Below, piece by piece: positions 36,077-40,956 of a stretch of DNA of 40,956 bases. The notes under the pieces are model-generated. The model was not told the origin of the DNA, did no database searches, and saw nothing but the letters and a program-made list of their open reading frames with translations. The position numbers and the translations under genes are program-made. The DNA comes from Basidioascus undulatus (taxonomy: Eukaryota): assembly GCA_000826855.1 (NCBI GenBank), contig JTLS01000031.1:1-40956 (forward strand). The letters are read 5' to 3'. The stretch's first letter is position 1. Every line of letters begins with the position of its first letter.

Positions 36077-37392
36077 ATGTTGCTCTGTGCCATCTCACGC
36101 CCTGCCTACTCACGCTTTTCGAAAGTAATCACCTCCAAAGCATTCGCATTTGCACCCCGGTGCATTCCCAAACCTGCCTGTCCCTCGACCGCGCCTTTCG
36201 ATCTCGCACATAGCTTCAGCAGTCGCACCATGGCTTCCTTGCCGAACAAGCTCACTGTCAATGTTGACATGGGAGAGGTCCGCTGCAGTACTGATACTCT
36301 CTTTGACGCCCGGCGGACAGCTGATTTATTGGATGTTGGGCAGGGATACGGCCAGTGGAAGTTGGGACCTGATGCCGAACTTATGCCCTTGATCGACTAT
36401 GGCAAGTCTATCACCCATATTCGAGTGATCTTCCAAATCGCAGCTGACACAAATCCATGCATCCAGCCAACGTCGCTTGCGGCTTCCACGCCGGCGACCC
36501 GAGCATCATGCTCAAGACCGTCCGCCTGGCGAAGGCTGCAGGCGTCAAGTGCGGAGCGCACCCTGGCCTGCCCGACGTGCGTCGGTCCTCAAACTTTCCC
36601 TCTTCCACCTCTGCTGACCAGATGATTTCCAACAGCTTCGAGGCTTCGGACGCCGAGTCTTCGACATCTCCCCTGAGGACGTCTACTCGGATGTGCTCTA
36701 CCAAGTTGGCGCGCTCGCCGGGATCCTGCGCAGCGAGGGGATGGAGCTGAGCCACATCAAGGTGCGGCATCCTCTCCCTTTCCTCCATGCCCCTCCCATG
36801 TCCACAACTGACACTCCGAGCCCGAAAGCCCCACGGCATGCTGTACTTCTACGCGCTCCGCAACCCAGCCGTCGCGCAGTCCATCGCGCGCGTCGCCAAG
36901 CTCTTCAACGTCCCCATCCTCGGCCTGCCCAAGACCGCGCACGAGACCGCTGCGCGCGAGGAGGGCGTCGAGTTCCTCCCCGAGGCATTCGTGGACATCG
37001 ACTACTCTGAGGAGGGCACGCTCCTTGGCGTGCCGCAGAGCGACAAGGTCACGGCGGAGAAGATCCGCGCTCGGGTGCTGTCCCTTGCTGAGACGAACGA
37101 GAGTGCGTAATTCGAGCCCGTCTTGTAACCATTTCTCCGAGACTGAAATGGGAGTGTGATCGCGATGGACAGCCATCTCTAAGACGGGCAAGAAGGTCCC
37201 GCTGCCGTTCGACAAGAAGCCATTCACAATTTGCCTGCACAGTGACATGCCTGGAGCGTTTGAGAACGTCCAATAGTAAGTCATCAACTTTGAAACATAC
37301 ACACCTTGCGCCAGGTCGACTGAATGAATGAAATGTGCGCCCACAGTGCACGCAAGGCGGTGGACGAGGCGAACGGGAAGCTGTACAAGTGA
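36077..37392 (+). CDS. lamB: LamB/YcsF family protein (lactam utilization protein B; 5-oxoprolinase subunit PxpA-like), multi-exon; alternative in-frame ATG at 36230
   Basis: Spliced: ...[50 protein letters not shown]...[15 protein letters not shown]...LYQVGALAG...HIK|PHGMLY...EAFVDIDY...|...[11 protein letters not shown]...[14 protein letters not shown]. NxDxGE, [12 protein letters not shown], HxKPHG and ICxHxD are all family signatures. One intron (36402-36466) is GC-AG. Confidence 0.95.
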
Positions 37393-37690
37393 ATGGAGAG
37401 CATGCATTAAATGACCCTGTCAATACCATCTGCCCGTTTTGTTTCCTTGTAATCGCCAGTCGAGAATGTCAACTACAGGACTATGTACTGAGTATAGGTT
37501 CTTGCCAAGTCAGAGCCCATCAACCCGTCAAATGCGTTGCGCCAGCATGTCCCGCGTTCTCTTCGGCCGACCATACTAAGTCTAGCGTATCGCAACCAAT
37601 TCAAAGCAGAGCCATCACGGAACTACGGTACAAATACAAGTGCCAAGTCGAAAAGTCAGACGGTCCTCTTCCTCTCCTCCACGCCAACGC

Positions 37691-40316
37691 TCATCCCTCC
37701 AGCGCGACCTCCCGCACGCTCTCCTCAAACACCCGGCACCCAATCGCCATCTCCTCCCCGGACAGCGTCAAGGGCGGGATGAACCGGATCGTGTCCTGTA
37801 CCCCAACCCACCCCGCAGCACCCCACTCAGTCTCCGCTCCCTCTCCTTCTCCACCGAGCGGGACGTACGTAGCACGAGGTAGTAAGCAGCATGAGCCCCT
37901 TCTCAAGGCACTTCTTCTGCACGCGCGAGCCGATGTTGGCTGGGATCGGCTTGGAGGCGGCAGGGGAGGAGGAAGACGAGCGGGGGATGGCGTTCTTGGT
38001 GGACGCGAACTCGACGCCGATCATGAGGCCGAGGCCGCGCACTGTTTCAGTGGGAGTGAGTGAGAGGAAGGGAGGGTGGGAGAAGGCGGACGGACCGTCA
38101 GCGAAGAGGTGCGAGGTCTGGGGGGATGTTTGGAGGTTGTGCAGGGTGTCCAGGAGCTGGGCGGAACTGCGCACACGGAAGAGGCGTCAGCGCAGAAGAT
38201 GGTGCTAGTGGAAGTGAGAAACCCACCGAGCGTTAACGTTCCCCAGCACGTCCTCCTCGCGCATGACATCCGCGCACGCGACGCCCGCAGCGCACGACAC
38301 CGCCGAGCCGGCATACGTCCCGCCCTGATCCGCTCCGCACTGTATCAGCCTCTCAATCCACCCCACCAAAGTAAAGCAAACAAGGACTGACCAACGATCC
38401 CTTCGGCATCTTGTCCATGATCTCCTTGCGCGAGACGATCCCGCTGAGGGGGAAGCCGTTGGCGATGCCCTTGGCGATCTGCAGGACGACAACCGCAGAC
38501 TTGTAAGCTTTCAAGTGAAGAAGAAAGAGGACACTGGAACGGACCATCATGATGTCCGGCCGGACGCCCGAGTGCTCGATCGCAAAGTACTTGCCCGTGC
38601 GCCCGAAGCCGGACTGGACCTCGTCGCTGACCATTCCCACAATCTGAGCATCTATGTCCCTACACAAGAGAAGCGTAGAAGCTTACATGACCAGCAAAAT
38701 CCCGTGCTTGTCGCAGACCTGCCGCAGGGCGCGGAGGAACGCGGGCGGGGCCGGGACGTAGCCGCTGAGAAACGCTCACTGCCTCAGCATGCTTTCCTTC
38801 TTTTTGCCGAAAAAGGAGAAGGAAGGGAGAAGAGAAGACTCACCCCTCGCCGAGCACAGGCTCAATGACGATCGCCGCGGTGTCCTGCGGGGCCGTCTGC
38901 TGCTGGAGGAGTAGCTCGAGCTGGTACACCGCCTGAGAGACGAGGACGTCCTCGGGCGTGTCTTGGGAGAGGCCCATCTGGTCTGTATTACATCAAAGTC
39001 AGATCAAACAAGCTCGTGTCAGTTCATCAGTTCATACGGAAAGCGGGTGAGGCAGAATGGGCAACGCACGCCAGTAGGGAAAGGTCGTCGCGAAGATGCC
39101 CGGCTGTTTAAATAGTGACGAATCAACAAGGTAATCCAGAGAGAGGAGAAATTGGGAGGAAAAGAAGACGCACGATCCCCTGCCCGACCTCCTGGAAGTA
39201 CACCGTCTTGGACTTGGTCATCGCCGAGGAACCGTACGTCCGTCCGTGGTAGCTTCCTTTACAACCCCAACCCCCTCACTCTCGCATCAGCTTCTCTCCT
39301 TTTCTCCCTCTTCATCCTCTCCTCTATCTCCTCTTCCTCTCTTCGCGAGACGCACCCTGCATGACGATAACATTGTGCTTGCCCGTCGCCTTCCGCGCAA
39401 CCTTCACGGCCGCCTCGGCCGCCTCGGAGCCGGAGTTCCACTGCCGGAGAGATGGTGTTAGGTCGTGGGAAATGGGGTGTGGGTAAAGGTAGAGGAGGGG
39501 AGGGGGGAGACGGAAGGGGGAAGACGCACGAAGAAGAACGTGTCGAGCGAGGGGTCGGGCATGACGGCGAGGAGACGCTCGATGAGCTCCAGGCTGCCAG
39601 ATCATCCGCCAACATCACATGGTCAATTTATCTGGGAGCATATGAAGGGTGTGGGTACGTAGGAGCGGAGGGAAGACGGACTAGGGACGGTGGAAACCGA
39701 TCGAGCACTGGCCGTGCACGAGCGTCGCGACCTGCTCCTGCGCGGCCTTGGTCACGCGCGGGTGGGAGTGGCCGAGGTTGGTGACGCCTGTGAACCAACC
39801 AAAGTCCCCATCTTATACATGAGCCAGCTCGTTTCTCTCCAAAGAGACAGATGGACGCACCAATCCCCGCCGTGAAGTCGAGCAGCTTCCCGTTGCTCTG
39901 CCGCCCCTCCCTCCATCAGTTCCCGGAACGTATAGAGATAGGGATTATATAGTACGCACAGTGTGCATCCACGACCCCTCCCCCTTCTCCAGCACATAGT
40001 CCGTCATGCGTGCTACGCCATACGCGACGTGCCGGACGCCGAAGTCGGAGAGGGTGGTGTTGGACGTGGGCGCGGGCATCTCGGTGTTGCTTAATGCTGC
40101 AGGGATCTGACGGGCCTGTGTGTTGTGTGGTGTTTGTTAGGATTGATGTAATGAATGATGAGGGTGAGGGTGAAGGTGGAAGAGGGGGAGGAGGAGTGGG
40201 AGGGGAAGGGGAGCGAGGGGAGGACATACGGAAGCAGACGCGTGCACGAAGCGGCGGGTCGAAGACGCTGCTAGGCTGCGGGCGACGCGGCCGGCGGTGG
40301 TCGTGCGGCTGAGCAT
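37691..40316 (-). CDS. Class III PLP-dependent aminotransferase, 4-aminobutyrate (GabT/PuuE-like) or related omega-amino acid transaminase, with a mitochondrial-presequence-like N-terminus, multi-exon
   Basis: [30 protein letters not shown]-terminus; [80 protein letters not shown] (PLP Lys), [25 protein letters not shown]...EVALEG*. The family call is firm; the exact substrate is inferred. Confidence 0.9.
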
Positions 40317-40956
40317 GTTAAGATAGTGTAGGGTACGCCAGTGGGAGTGGCGGTTGAAGGTGAGTTGAGTCGAAGCGCTGGTTCACTGAGCAAGGGGAGA
40401 TCAGGAAGAATCAATGAGTGCTTTGGCCTTCGGCCCTCGCCTCGCAATGCAGCCCGCGGCTGCAGCAGGCCACGCGCTCGGCTAATTCTACGCACATTTG
40501 CCGCGTCCGATCCTCGGAAGGAGGAGAGGCGAGTCGCTAAGCGCTGGCTGGGAGTGCGAGTCGTAGGAGCAGGCGTGGGAACGAGGCGGGGAGATAAGCG
40601 TCGGTTCGGAGCCGGCGCATGAGGGGTTCTCCCGGCCGCGGGGTTAATCAGCCTTCGCATCGCGTCTCGACGACTTCGACGACTTGCCTTCAAAGTCCCG
40701 GGCATTCGATAATGTTGCCTTGAGTTGCATCGGACTTGCTCAAGCTCTATTGCTGTTACACAACTGGAATGCAGCGCAAACGGACAATCCTGTCCGCTGG
40801 TCCTGGCACCAACCCCTCAGACTCAACTTCAGGCCGATACTCAGACGCTCTTCGAAAAGCCATCCATGTTGAAAGTAAAAGAAAAGACCACGAAACCCCC
40901 GTCCCCTCTCAAAGCTGACGGAAGGAGACGGTCGAGCGCGTCGAGCACTACGACGG

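Overview
Intron-dense fungal nuclear DNA, most likely a basidiomycete (short introns, CTRAC/CTRAY branch sites, GC-rich exons, many micro-exons). The raw ORF track therefore fragments every real gene, and the gene models below were spliced by hand. From left to right: the 3' part of a Het-C family gene with a Gly/Tyr/Gln-rich repetitive tail (+); a small SMP/LEA-like protein (+); a gene-poor block; arginyl-tRNA synthetase (-); a probably frameshifted F-box-like gene (+); a protoglobin-type globin with a hydrophobic C-tail (+); lunapark (+); a DHTKD1-like 2-oxoacid dehydrogenase E1 (-); an F-box protein (+); a second gene-poor block. The window ends with a compact three-gene unit: a stand-alone biotin-dependent urea-carboxylase-like gene (LamA type, -) transcribed divergently from a LamB/YcsF/PxpA gene (+), followed convergently by a GabT-like class III omega-aminotransferase (-). 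The strongest leads are three. (1) This trio may be a clustered lactam-to-omega-amino-acid-to-semialdehyde catabolic system, with a perfect 16-bp CGG palindrome in the divergent promoter. (2) ArgRS has a hidden 45-aa in-frame extension resembling a mitochondrial presequence; it has no AUG and could start at an AUU codon. (3) Inward-facing ~85-bp inverted repeats bracket the ArgRS gene. No database searches were run; all calls rest on motif recognition.
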